NCBI GenBank assembly: GCA_016211215.1
Contig: JACQSR010000008.1
Location: forward strand, 6,546-70,545
Direction of reading: 5' to 3'
DNA: 64,000 bases
DNA from: Candidatus Woesearchaeota archaeon
GTDB taxonomy: Archaea; Nanobdellota; Nanobdellia; Woesearchaeales; JACQSR01
Below, one piece after another: positions 18,243-27,448 of the stretch (within the stretch, counting starts at the first letter, position 1; each line of letters opens with the position of its first letter). Both the position numbers and the translations under genes were made by a program. Under the pieces are notes generated by a model, which saw only the letters and a program-made list of their open reading frames with translations, did not search any database and was not told where the DNA came from.

Positions 18243-18923
18243 ATGTCCGATATGAAGTTGGAATATAGAATTGCGAAGACTCATGTTGGGAAAGGGTTAA
18301 TTGAGACACCTGACGTAGTTGTGCAAGTGGCAAATCCTCATTGGAGTTATGCAAGACATTTACCTGCAGATTGGGATTTATCTAAGATTGATAGAAGGAC
18401 TCATGTTACTTCTGATTTGCTGACAAATCTTGAAAATGCTCCAGAAGGTCCGGAAATGGATTTAAGTCCATTAAGAAATGACCAAAGGGCATCTGGAATT
18501 GTTTACGGTAGCAATCCAATACAAAATATGTACAATTTAATCGGAGAATATGCCCAAAGATTTCCAGAGCATGAATTTTTTGGAAAATGGGGGGGTTATC
18601 AACCATATAAAGAGGGGAAAAGATTTGTTTTTTATGTTGAAGATGAAAATGATGCAAATTTAATGGTGCAAAGGCTTAATGAAGTTTCTAAAACAATGAG
18701 AATTCCAATTTCAGCAAATCATCAGTATGGTTTGACACAATATCAAGATTTTGTTGAGATTAATGAAAGATTAAGAAGTACTGTTAGAAACAAAGAAGGA
18801 TTCAAACAGCTTCTTGGGGAATTAGAAGGATTCCCACATTTCTTCCATGAATTCTTTTTAACAAATGACTTCTCAGATCCTCAAGCCCCTTCTAAAGATA
18901 GCCGCAACTCAGATTTAATATAA
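18243..18923 (+). CDS. hypothetical protein (AT-rich orphan)
   Basis: Clean ORF with no motif recognised. Its stop overlaps the left copy of the 37/38-nt repeat. Confidence 0.5.
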   Translation: MSDMKLEYRIAKTHVGKGLIETPDVVVQVANPHWSYARHLPADWDLSKIDRRTHVTSDLLTNLENAPEGPEMDLSPLRNDQRASGIVYGSNPIQNMYNLIGEYAQRFPEHEFFGKWGGYQPYKEGKRFVFYVEDENDANLMVQRLNEVSKTMRIPISANHQYGLTQYQDFVEINERLRSTVRNKEGFKQLLGELEGFPHFFHEFFLTNDFSDPQAPSKDSRNSDLI

Positions 18924-18954
18924 CCCGCTACTCAATAAACTTCCTCATCCTGTC
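18917..18954. repeat. left copy of direct repeat duplicating the 3' end of gene 19789..20586
   Basis: AATATAACCCGCTACTCAATAAACTTCCTCATCCTGTC versus 19779..19815 AATATAACCCCTACTCAATAAACTTCCTCATCCTGTC, with a single 1-nt indel. The minus strand of this copy still reads ..ALDRMRKFIE*, as at the real gene end. Confidence 0.85.
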
Positions 18955-19102
18955 TAACGCCCTTACGAAGTAAAGTGCAACGGGGTCAAGGAGCGCGACG
19001 AAGAATTTGGAAAAAAAGTCCCCGTCAGTAAATATGTAAATACCACTAAATGGTGGTAAATAATAGTAAAGTTTATATAGTTCGGATTATTGCAAGGAGA
19101 AT

Positions 19103-19693
19103 GTGAACCATTTAGAATACTCTCAACAGGTTAAAGCAGAAATAGAAAACTCTCCTTTGTATAGCCTGTTAAGGAACCATTTTATAGGTCAAAAAAGATT
19201 TTCTGAGTCTTTGGGAGAAGGAGATCACTTCAGACATCTGAAAACTAAAAGATTAGACTCAGGATTGTGGATTGCTATAAAAGAGCCAAAACAAGAGCAA
19301 GAAAATCCAGTCCCCTTAGAAGCACATTGTCGAGCGACATACGCTTTCGCTGAATCTTATCATCCGGCGGGTCACAAAAGTATTCAGGATATATTAAAAA
19401 ATCCGGAAAGGTATTATTTGGTAACTAGTGCTTTTTGTATAGGCGTAAAATATAGACAACAACATTTGGGTCTTTGGAATTATGCTGCTTTGGTAGAGGA
19501 TTTAGCATCTTTGAGCATTCCTATTAAACCAGCAGTAAAATCGGGTGATAAGGGAGAGGTTAAAATAGGTGATAAGACTATTCACATTTATTTTGATATA
19601 GACTATTTACTAGAACAGCTTGTAGAAGATATGGGTGGGGAAGATAAGATTCCGAATTGTATGGTTGATGATAAAATGATGATTTTTGAGTAA
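19103..19693 (+). CDS. hypothetical protein (orphan between the two repeat copies)
   Basis: GTG start in the track. No motif recognised. AT-rich. Confidence 0.5.
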   Translation: MNHLEYSQQVKAEIENSPLYSLLRNHFIGQKRFSESLGEGDHFRHLKTKRLDSGLWIAIKEPKQEQENPVPLEAHCRATYAFAESYHPAGHKSIQDILKNPERYYLVTSAFCIGVKYRQQHLGLWNYAALVEDLASLSIPIKPAVKSGDKGEVKIGDKTIHIYFDIDYLLEQLVEDMGGEDKIPNCMVDDKMMIFE

Positions 19694-19778
19694 GGTGCAG
19701 TTATTATTAAGCCGACCCCTTAATTTTCTTTATCAATTTTATCGAACAAGCCCCATTAAATAAATCTCCAGCCGATTG

Positions 19779-19815
19779 AATATAACCCCTACTCAATAAA
19801 CTTCCTCATCCTGTC
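19779..19815. repeat. right copy of direct repeat (authentic 3' end of the NTase-HEPN-like gene)
   Basis: See 18917..18954. Covers the stop codon and last 9 codons (DRMRKFIE*) of 19789..20586, plus 10 nt downstream. Confidence 0.85.
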
Positions 19816-20586
19816 GATGAACTCCTGGGCTTCCTTGTGGCATTTGTCGTATTCAACGCCGCTAATCTGAGTTATGTTGCGGTGCGTGATGTCCTTGGAG
19901 AGCTTGTAGAATTTCCTCATGGTGGTTGCGTATCTTTCTTCCAGCAAACCCTTCCTGACCATCTTCTGCTCGAGCATGTCTGCAACGTGGTCCGGCGAAG
20001 GCGGTATTTCGCCAAGCTTCATCAAAGATGCATGCGCAGCGTCAATAACTCCCCAGTAAAGGTCTATTGTGCCCTGCAGCACATGCCACTTGGAGTTGTG
20101 CAGCGAGTTTGGAGCGCGTACAAAGTAATTCCATATGCTCTCCTGAGTTGGCCTTATCCTGCCCTTTTTCAGGAGCATCTGCAACGGCTCAAAGAACCCG
20201 GTATCGGACAGTGCAACACCATCGCGCAGGATGTTTATCGCAATTGGGTCGCCGTTCCTTACGTATTCCCAGAAGGATGAAAAGCGCAGTGATATTATGT
20301 GAAGGCGGGGAGAGATTTTCATGATGTAGCGCTGCACGATAAGCCTGTACGCCTCGACAAGCTCAGGGGTAATGTCAACCAGGGTATCATCAATGACTAG
20401 GAGAACATCAACGTCGCTTCCCTTCGTCTGTGTGCCGCGTGCCGAAGAGCCGAATATTACAACTGCGCGCAGAAACGCCTTGAGCTCCTTCTCAATCTCG
20501 GCGGCAAACTGGGTTGCAATGTCCATGTCTGACTTATTGTAGAGCTCGAGGTTGGGATTTGCCTTTCTTGGAATCTGGAACTTCAT
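19789..20586 (-). CDS. nucleotidyltransferase domain protein with C-terminal helical HEPN-like domain
   Basis: VVIFGSSARGTQTKGSDVDVLLVID is the minimal NTase signature. The C-terminal ~130 aa is all-helical by composition. No clean Rx4-6H motif seen, so HEPN is tentative. Confidence 0.75.
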   Translation of the reverse strand: MKFQIPRKANPNLELYNKSDMDIATQFAAEIEKELKAFLRAVVIFGSSARGTQTKGSDVDVLLVIDDTLVDITPELVEAYRLIVQRYIMKISPRLHIISLRFSSFWEYVRNGDPIAINILRDGVALSDTGFFEPLQMLLKKGRIRPTQESIWNYFVRAPNSLHNSKWHVLQGTIDLYWGVIDAAHASLMKLGEIPPSPDHVADMLEQKMVRKGLLEERYATTMRKFYKLSKDITHRNITQISGVEYDKCHKEAQEFIDRMRKFIE

Positions 20587-20686
20587 TTAGCCACCGGGTA
20601 GTTACCCAAATTTTCTTTATTTAAAGCTTTCTGATTTCAGGTCCCGAATAACAACCTTTTAAAACAGGCCTGTTTCATCAACCGGC

Positions 20687-21112
20687 ATGAAGAAATACGA
20701 GTACTTTGACCACACCGCTGATGTCGGCATTTTCGCCTATGGGAAGGATACTGCGGAGTTGTTCAGGAACGCGGCACTCGCAACAACAGGGCAGATGGTT
20801 GAGATTAAGGGTGTAAAACCGAAGGTTGAGAGGAAGATTTCGCTGAAGAGCGATAACCTTGAAGGGCTTCTTTTTGATTTCCTTGGAGAGCTGATTTACC
20901 TTAAGGACGCTGATAACCTGCTGTTCTCAAAATATGGCATATCTGTAAAGAAAGTGGAAAAGGGTTATAAACTAAGCGGAACTTTAAAGGGCGACAGGAT
21001 AAACAAAGATGCGATGGAGCTGTTGAACGACGTCAAAGCTGTAACAATGCATATGTTTAAGGTTGAAAAAACAAAAGGAGGCTACAAGGCAACGATAATA
21101 CTGGATATATGA
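20687..21112 (+). CDS. archease (RtcB activator)
   Basis: N-terminal YEYFDHTADVGIFAYG hallmark. 141 aa. ATGA overlap with rtcB. Confidence 0.9.
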   Translation: MKKYEYFDHTADVGIFAYGKDTAELFRNAALATTGQMVEIKGVKPKVERKISLKSDNLEGLLFDFLGELIYLKDADNLLFSKYGISVKKVEKGYKLSGTLKGDRINKDAMELLNDVKAVTMHMFKVEKTKGGYKATIILDI

Positions 21113-22572
21113 CAGAAACAAAAAAACCGGAAATGAAGAAAATCTCTGATTACATCTGGGAGATTTCGCCTGAGTACAAAAAAGGCATGAACGTGCCTGC
21201 AAGAATCTATGCATCCAAGAAGCTTTTGGACGGAATGGATGCAGGCGTGTTTGAGCAGGTAACAAATGTGGCTTGCCTTCCGGGAATCCAGAAATATGCA
21301 TACTGCATGCCAGACGGCCATTGGGGATATGGTTTTCCCATCGGCGGCGTGGCTGCATTTGATGTGGATGAAGGAGTAATCTCGCCGGGTGGAATTGGCT
21401 TTGACGTAAATTGCGGAATGCGCTTGCTGACTACAAACCTTACGTTCAAGGATGTAAAGCCAAAATTGAAAGAAGCAGTTGACTCCCTTTTCAGGCAGGT
21501 TCCCGCTGGCGTTGGATGCAAGGGATTTTTGAAGGCAACAAAGGCGCAGTTCAGGGAAATATCTGAAGTTGGCTCGAAATGGTGCGTTGAGAACGGCTAT
21601 GGATGGGAGGGTGATTTGAAGAGGATTGAGGAGCACGGCTGCATAAAGCAGGCGGATTTCTCAAAAGTAAGCGATAAGGCAATATCACGCGGGATTGAGC
21701 AGCTGGGAACATTGGGAAGCGGAAACCATTACCTGGAAATCCAGATTGCGTCATCATCCAATATTTTTGACGCTGAAGCGGCAAAGACAATGGGGATTGA
21801 CACTCCCGACCAGGTTGTTGTAATGGTGCATTGTGGAAGCAGGGGATTTGGGCACCAGATTGGAACTGATTACCTGAAAGTTTTTTCCGAGATAATGAAA
21901 AAATACAATATCCACGTTGGAGATGCGGAGCTTGCATGCGCCCCATTCCAGTCGAAAGAGGGCCAGGACTATTACAAGGCTATGGCCTGCGCCGCTAACA
22001 TGGCATTTGCAAACAGGCAGGTGATACTGCACAGGATAAGGGAAGTGTTCTCGAAAGTGTTCGGAAAAAGCGCCGAAGAGCTTGAGATGAACCTTGTGTA
22101 TGATGTTGCGCACAACATTGCAAAGGTTGAGAAGCACAAGATTGACGGAAAGATGAAGGATGTTGTAATGCACAGGAAAGGGGCAACGAGGAGCTTCGGC
22201 CCCGATTACGGGGATTTACCTCCGGAGTATAAAAAAATCGGACAGCCTGTTATACTCGGCGGCTCAATGGAAACCGGCTCTTACCTTCTTGTTGGAACCA
22301 ACAAGGCAATGGAGGAGACTTTCGGAAGCACTGCGCACGGCTCAGGCAGAACAATGTCAAGGACGCAGGCGAAGCGCGAGTTCAGGGGAGACGCACTGCA
22401 GAAAGAAATGGAATGCCGCGGCATTTATGTACGTGCAACTTCAATGGCAGGACTGGCGGAAGAGGCAGGGGCGGCATACAAGAACATTTCCGATGTTGTT
22501 GACACCATTGACAAAGCCGGAATCTCGCATAAAGTTGTTGGGTTTACGCCCATTGGAAATGTGAAGGGGTAG
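21109..22572 (+). CDS. rtcB: RNA-splicing ligase RtcB
   Basis: GGIGFDVNCGMRLL, GSGNHYLEIQ, HCGSRGFGHQ and AHGSGR motifs. 487 aa, contiguous, with no intein-sized insertion. Confidence 0.97.
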   Translation: MTETKKPEMKKISDYIWEISPEYKKGMNVPARIYASKKLLDGMDAGVFEQVTNVACLPGIQKYAYCMPDGHWGYGFPIGGVAAFDVDEGVISPGGIGFDVNCGMRLLTTNLTFKDVKPKLKEAVDSLFRQVPAGVGCKGFLKATKAQFREISEVGSKWCVENGYGWEGDLKRIEEHGCIKQADFSKVSDKAISRGIEQLGTLGSGNHYLEIQIASSSNIFDAEAAKTMGIDTPDQVVVMVHCGSRGFGHQIGTDYLKVFSEIMKKYNIHVGDAELACAPFQSKEGQDYYKAMACAANMAFANRQVILHRIREVFSKVFGKSAEELEMNLVYDVAHNIAKVEKHKIDGKMKDVVMHRKGATRSFGPDYGDLPPEYKKIGQPVILGGSMETGSYLLVGTNKAMEETFGSTAHGSGRTMSRTQAKREFRGDALQKEMECRGIYVRATSMAGLAEEAGAAYKNISDVVDTIDKAGISHKVVGFTPIGNVKG

Positions 22573-22692
22573 AGATTTCGGAAAATTACTGTGTATTTCA
22601 CTGAAATGCTGGATGTAATCAGATTGCTATGGCGTAATTCTTCCGGAAAAACCTGAGTAAGGTTTATTAGACAGTGATTCCTCCCCTAAGGG

Positions 22693-23136
22693 ATGGTTAA
22701 CGAATACAGCCAGCTCATAAAGAGCATAGGCAAAGCTCTTGAAGAAGGGAGGAGACAAGTTGTTCGCACGGTAAATAATATCTTAGTTACCACTTATTGG
22801 GAAATTGGAAAACGCATAGTAGAGTTTGAAAAACAAACGGGGAAAAAATCAGCTTATGGCGAAAAGTTATTCGAAAGGATAGCAAAAGACTTAAGGATGA
22901 TGTATGGCAAAGGGTTCAGCAGAAGCAACATCATTTACATGAGGCTTATTTACCTGGAATACCCAAAAAGTCAGACACTGTCTGACCAATTGACGTGGAG
23001 CCATTATATTGAACTTTTAGGGATAGACTATTCACTTGAACGAAGGTTTTACGAGAAACAATGCATGCTTGAAAACTGGTCTGACACCCGAAGAGACGCC
23101 TCAAGCAAGGGGCGTTCAGAAAACGCAAGCATTTAA
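22693..23136 (+). pseudogene. truncated DUF1016/YhcG-family gene (N-terminal domain only; PD-(D/E)xK nuclease domain missing)
   Basis: TTYWEIGKRIVE, LTWSHYIELL and RRFYEKQCMLENWS match the family N-terminal half. The ORF ends 20 codons later. No continuation seen in other frames. Confidence 0.6.
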
Positions 23137-23165
23137 AAACTTATTTCGGCTACTATACTCTGAAA

Positions 23166-24038
23166 ATGGCCCAGGCAACGCCTAATCCGGACTTGGAAGT
23201 AAGGGTGCGCACGCATAGTTCCATTACTGTTCCGGCTGCTGCTCCTGAATATCCAACAACTGTTCCGGTAATGCAATATGCTAATGAAGCACGGCAATAT
23301 GCTGCTGATGGAGTGCCGTACGAAACCGACCCACAAATAAACCCCGGAAATTATTTGCGTTTTGTCATGAATTTCTTAGGCACGGGTCATTTATATCAGA
23401 AAGCTGGGGTTTCTTATGATAAAAAAGGACAAGGATATGCAGTGCTGCAAAGAAACTCTGCAACTGGAGAGGCACCCAGCTTTGATTATGTTACGATGCC
23501 TCAATCCATTGATGATATTGCTGTTAATGCTCCTTCAAGCAGGATTTATTTAATTCCCTTGAAAAAGGCGGATGAGAAGGTGTATGGCTCAAGGGAAAAA
23601 GATGAAAAGAAGAAGCAGGGCATTGAAAGGGCTGTTGAAGCGTTAAAGAGTGCTTCTGACTCTAAAAAGAAATCCGAATATGTTAATCAGTATGATTCAA
23701 AATATTCCCCATATGATACTATCGAGGTTGAGAAAACAGAGGAGTCCAAAAAGCCGTATTTTGACCCTAGAATAAGTTTTCATGAGCAAGTGATAGCACT
23801 TGCTATGGCTAACAACAGGGATTCTTCTCCTGAAGTATTTGACAACACCCACACAAGAAATAATCCTCTGGTAAAGGCTAATGCGGAGGTTAAGGAAAGA
23901 TATTTCCAGCCTTATTCGAATGAGGTGTCGCCAGATGGTACGGCGGTTGCTTTGGGGATTATGGCAAATGCAGGGGTTTCTGTTGGTTCTGGCAAGGCCA
24001 AAGACAAGAGTCGGAAGGAAAGATACCTTAAAAATTGA
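23166..24038 (+). CDS. hypothetical protein
   Basis: Clean ORF. ATGA-type 4-nt overlap with the next gene. No motif recognised. Confidence 0.5.
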   Translation: MAQATPNPDLEVRVRTHSSITVPAAAPEYPTTVPVMQYANEARQYAADGVPYETDPQINPGNYLRFVMNFLGTGHLYQKAGVSYDKKGQGYAVLQRNSATGEAPSFDYVTMPQSIDDIAVNAPSSRIYLIPLKKADEKVYGSREKDEKKKQGIERAVEALKSASDSKKKSEYVNQYDSKYSPYDTIEVEKTEESKKPYFDPRISFHEQVIALAMANNRDSSPEVFDNTHTRNNPLVKANAEVKERYFQPYSNEVSPDGTAVALGIMANAGVSVGSGKAKDKSRKERYLKN

Positions 24039-24901
24039 GACACGAAACTAATTTAAACTTTCCCCTATCCAATTCTGAAATGTTCCCTCAGCTTAAAGAG
24101 AAATTAAAATCCAACATCAAAGCATTGGAAATCCTGGCTTTGATTAAGGGCAATAAAGCAGGCGCAAGGATTCTTGTGCGGGAAGATGATGCAAAGGCAA
24201 TGTGTGATTTTCTTGATGGAATTGGGATTCAGACAGTAAGTTCTGACTTCAAAGTTCTTAAAACTGATGCAGGGGCATATTCCGATGCAGGGGAAAAAAC
24301 CAAGGCGGATGACGCAAGGAAGGGCTATTATGTTTTTTACCTTTCAAAAGACCGAAGCGAGGCAGAAAAAATAAAAGCCCTTGAGGAAAGAAACGACCAT
24401 TACAATCTTGGAATTGCACTGGGGTATCCTGAATGCTGCTGCAGGTTTTTCCGGGAGAATTTCTCGGAAAAAAACACCGATTTGACGCTTTCAACGCTTG
24501 GCAATTCCAACGGCTTCAGATTTGATTTCCGCAGCAACATTGCGATGAGGCATTTTGATGTTTCCCTTCTTTTTCACTTCCCATGCTCCTTCAAATGCAA
24601 AGAATCCATGAAGATTGCAAAAGAAAACCTCCGGATTTTGGGAGGGGAAGACAGGGAATCGGCAAAAATCTTTGAGGGCATGCTTAAAGGGGCAGTAATT
24701 TACGGCGCTTCAAATGTAATCCTTCTCAGGCGCGCAAGGCTTGACGGCAAAAAGATTTATTACAACGGCCTTATGGCGCTGAACAGGAATGCACTTTACA
24801 GGCAGCTGAAAGAATCCGGGCATATTTTGGTCAATAGCCATGGAAGCTTTAAGGTGGGAAATACGGAATATTCCGGGATTGGAATTGCCTATTTTGAATG
24901 A
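24035..24901 (+). CDS. cysteine-motif protein (DUF483-like: GYPECC ... HFPCSFKC)
   Basis: LGIALGYPECCCRFF and LLFHFPCSFKCKES resemble the archaeal DUF483 signature as I recall it. Function unknown. Confidence 0.45.
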   Translation: MRHETNLNFPLSNSEMFPQLKEKLKSNIKALEILALIKGNKAGARILVREDDAKAMCDFLDGIGIQTVSSDFKVLKTDAGAYSDAGEKTKADDARKGYYVFYLSKDRSEAEKIKALEERNDHYNLGIALGYPECCCRFFRENFSEKNTDLTLSTLGNSNGFRFDFRSNIAMRHFDVSLLFHFPCSFKCKESMKIAKENLRILGGEDRESAKIFEGMLKGAVIYGASNVILLRRARLDGKKIYYNGLMALNRNALYRQLKESGHILVNSHGSFKVGNTEYSGIGIAYFE

Positions 24902-25425
24902 TTCCTGTAAACCCCAATTAAGGTGTCATTCACAAAGAACTCATCAACCTTCTTCAGGCTGTTTGGATGGAAGTGGGGGCCAAACACAACCAATTTTCCG
25001 GTAAGCTCCCCTGCAAGCTTATCCTCCACAGAATCCCTGAACAATGGCTTGTCGGGATTAAGGAAGACAACATCATAGCCGGATATAAAATGGCTATTGA
25101 AGTCGCCGTTGATGAATTCAGCGTTCTTTGCGCCAAGCTTCGCTGCAAGATTGACTGCGATGGAATGAAGCTCTGAATCCCATTCTATGCCAACTGCCTT
25201 TTTTGCGAAATTGGAGGCAAGCAGCACAACTTTCCCGTCGCCGGAGCCAAGGTCGATGAATTTCCCGTGGGGGCCGATTTTTTCCAGCACCTGCCATATG
25301 GTTTTTGTGTCCGCGGCATTCCAGAAGCCCTTGCCGGTGTCCTTCATGGGCAGCTTTCCTTTTTTCAGGAGAGAGCGATAGAAGCTGTCATAAGACCCAT
25401 TTATTGATTCATATTTTACCGCCAT
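24889..25425 (-). CDS. SAM-dependent methyltransferase (class I)
   Basis: Motif I FIDLGSGDGKVVLLAS, post-I acidic GIEWD, motif IV-like VVFLNPD. Confidence 0.7.
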   Translation of the reverse strand: MAVKYESINGSYDSFYRSLLKKGKLPMKDTGKGFWNAADTKTIWQVLEKIGPHGKFIDLGSGDGKVVLLASNFAKKAVGIEWDSELHSIAVNLAAKLGAKNAEFINGDFNSHFISGYDVVFLNPDKPLFRDSVEDKLAGELTGKLVVFGPHFHPNSLKKVDEFFVNDTLIGVYRNHSK

Positions 25426-25466
25426 AATATAAAAATAGAATCTGTTATATATAAAACTAGTGGTGC

Positions 25467-25919
25467 CTATCTGATTCCGTATTTCTTCACCTGGGTAAAT
25501 GCTCCACGGGAGGTGGAAGAAATCTCGATTGCTATGTCGCCCACGCTTCGGTATCTTGTGGTGTCTATGAACAATGTGAGGTTTACGTTAGTTTTCGGGG
25601 CGTAGCCTGCTATCTGCTCATAACCATCAAAGCTTACGGAAGAAAGGTAGCTTACATCAAAATCAACCGAGAAAGGCGCATTTTGGACTGCGCCTTCAAT
25701 GCCCTCTTCCACGCCGAAAAGGTGTGAGATGTCAACTTCAGTAATAGGCGGGACATCGACAATAACTTTGGACTGCTCTATGAGTTCCTGCTGCGACTTT
25801 TTGATAAGCTTGCCAATCTCCTTAATCTCCTTCTTTTCCTTTTCCTCTATGTCCCTGAGCTTTTTCAGCCTTTCATCGGGCTTCAGCTTCAGAAGCTCTT
25901 CTTTCTTGAATTCAACCAT
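25467..25919 (-). CDS. hypothetical protein with N-terminal Lys/Glu coiled-coil
   Basis: KKEELLKLKPDERLKKLRDIEEKEKKEIKEIGKLIKK followed by a beta-rich C-terminal half. Confidence 0.5.
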   Translation of the reverse strand: MVEFKKEELLKLKPDERLKKLRDIEEKEKKEIKEIGKLIKKSQQELIEQSKVIVDVPPITEVDISHLFGVEEGIEGAVQNAPFSVDFDVSYLSSVSFDGYEQIAGYAPKTNVNLTLFIDTTRYRSVGDIAIEISSTSRGAFTQVKKYGIR

Positions 25920-25943
25920 ACTGGGAGAAGAGCAGCCTGAAGG

Positions 25944-26528
25944 TTAAATAATTTTGGATTTCAGCCTTCCGTTGAGAACTTTCTGCAGGTTGGTGAGGTA
26001 TAGGGCGCATGATATGCACGCATTTTCAGCATCCCTTGAGTTTCCTGCAAACGCAACAACTAATGTGTCATTGCGCTGAAGATTGAATTCATTGCCGAGA
26101 AAAGAGAAATCTGCCCTGCTGTAGCACGGAATCTCAAGCCTGCTCCCGTAGCTCAGGATAAGAGCACCCTCTGCACCATTCTTGACCGCAATATCCCTTA
26201 CCTTGTAATCGGGGACATTTCTTGATTTTTTCCTTATTATGCATCCCTTTTCCTTCAGCTTTGGAAAAATACCTAGCCTTACGGATTTTGGCTGCCCCAT
26301 CATGAGGCCTATCTTTTCCATAAGATTTTTGCCCTTTCCGCTTAGAAAATGCCCCTCCTGGGTCGATGCTATAAGCCCGTTTCCCTTAAGCCCGTCCAGG
26401 ATGGTCCTTACGGTTCCCTCGCCAAGCTCCAGCGACCTAGACAGCTCAAGCCTGCTCACCGGCTCTTCAAGGTAAAACATGCTCCTTACCAAGTCAAGCG
26501 CAGAGTAATTTGGGATATTGCCTACCAT
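25944..26528 (-). CDS. winged-helix regulator-like protein (DUF4443-like)
   Basis: VSRLELSRSLELGEGTVRTILDGLKGNGLI is wHTH-like. The C-terminal domain is unassigned. Confidence 0.5.
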   Translation of the reverse strand: MVGNIPNYSALDLVRSMFYLEEPVSRLELSRSLELGEGTVRTILDGLKGNGLIASTQEGHFLSGKGKNLMEKIGLMMGQPKSVRLGIFPKLKEKGCIIRKKSRNVPDYKVRDIAVKNGAEGALILSYGSRLEIPCYSRADFSFLGNEFNLQRNDTLVVAFAGNSRDAENACISCALYLTNLQKVLNGRLKSKII

Positions 26529-26570
26529 GACACTGCAGTATACCGAAAAGCTTTAATACTTTGCGCTTGG

Positions 26571-27260
26571 TTGGATATTATATCCAATAAAGGGGTGGTT
26601 AGCATAGGAAAGGCAGATTCGATTGCCGACATCATAGATGCCGAGATAAGGAAACTGAAGAAAAGGGGCGAAAAGAAAAAAGCCGAAAAAAAACCAGCCG
26701 AAGGAGTAAAACTGCAGCCCAAAAAGCAGGAGTCCATAAACGACATCGTGAAGAAGCTGTCGAAAACTAAGCCGAAATCATTAACCGAAGATGAAAAAAA
26801 GGAGCTTGATATCTTAAAAGATATTTTTACCATGGTTAAATACCTCGACAAGGTTGAGGATAAAGACGCGTTCATAGCCAACCTCTACAGCCTAAGTCCG
26901 CGCGGGCAAAGCACGCCTTATGCAGGGGCAATGCCTCAGTCCCAATATGCGGACTACGGAAAGATATGGGGACATCTGGGGAAAGACACGGTTGTAAGGA
27001 TGTACGACGGGGATTTTTCTGCCGGCAGCTCTTCCGCGGGAACGACAAAGCAGGAGCTTGTTTCCTACCAGACGTTTGAGAAGAGCATGAAGAGCATAAA
27101 ATACTTCACACCTGGAGGCCACAGCTCCATAATGCTTGACGCGTTTTACGGGAACGTGCCGATGCACGGCGTTGATTCAAAGGAGTGGGAGAAGATGAAG
27201 CTTTACATGATGGTTGACAACGGCGTAATGTTCAAGCTGATGATGGGGACGGGGATTTAG
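26571..27260 (+). CDS. hypothetical Lys-rich protein (start uncertain)
   Basis: The track ORF starts at 26349 but its first ~60 codons overlap the opposite-strand gene 25944..26528. In-frame TTG at 26571 and GTG at 26595 are more plausible starts. Confidence 0.4.
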   Translation: MDIISNKGVVSIGKADSIADIIDAEIRKLKKRGEKKKAEKKPAEGVKLQPKKQESINDIVKKLSKTKPKSLTEDEKKELDILKDIFTMVKYLDKVEDKDAFIANLYSLSPRGQSTPYAGAMPQSQYADYGKIWGHLGKDTVVRMYDGDFSAGSSSAGTTKQELVSYQTFEKSMKSIKYFTPGGHSSIMLDAFYGNVPMHGVDSKEWEKMKLYMMVDNGVMFKLMMGTGI

Positions 27261-27361
27261 AATTGATTATTGCGCCATTTGAATCAGAATCCAATGTTAA
27301 ATGAAGTATTGTTTCAGTTGATGCTTGTTAAATGCAATAATTTTTTGGGATTAACGACGAA

Positions 27362-27374
27362 AGGGCGAGAAAAC
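27362..27374. repeat. left arm of 13-nt inverted repeat flanking the 27.4-29.1 kb cassette
   Basis: AGGGCGAGAAAAC. Its exact reverse complement GTTTTCTCGCCCT occurs at 29135-29147, with a 12-nt version GGTTTTCTCGCC at 29167-29178. Confidence 0.6.
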
Positions 27375-27448
27375 CTAATGACGACTCTAAAACCGAAAAA
27401 GTTATATTCTACAGCATATATTTGACTCAAGGGGGCGGGAAAACTAAG

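Noticed and set aside
21109-22572. Intein or other insertion in RtcB
   Set aside because: The protein is 487 aa with all conserved motifs contiguous. There is no extra block and no Cys/Ser-...-HN splice junction.
26349-26570. 5' extension of ORF 26349..27260
   Set aside because: The first ~60 codons overlap the well-supported opposite-strand wHTH gene 25944..26528 and read as Arg/Pro/Lys-rich shadow sequence. An internal TTG or GTG start was preferred.
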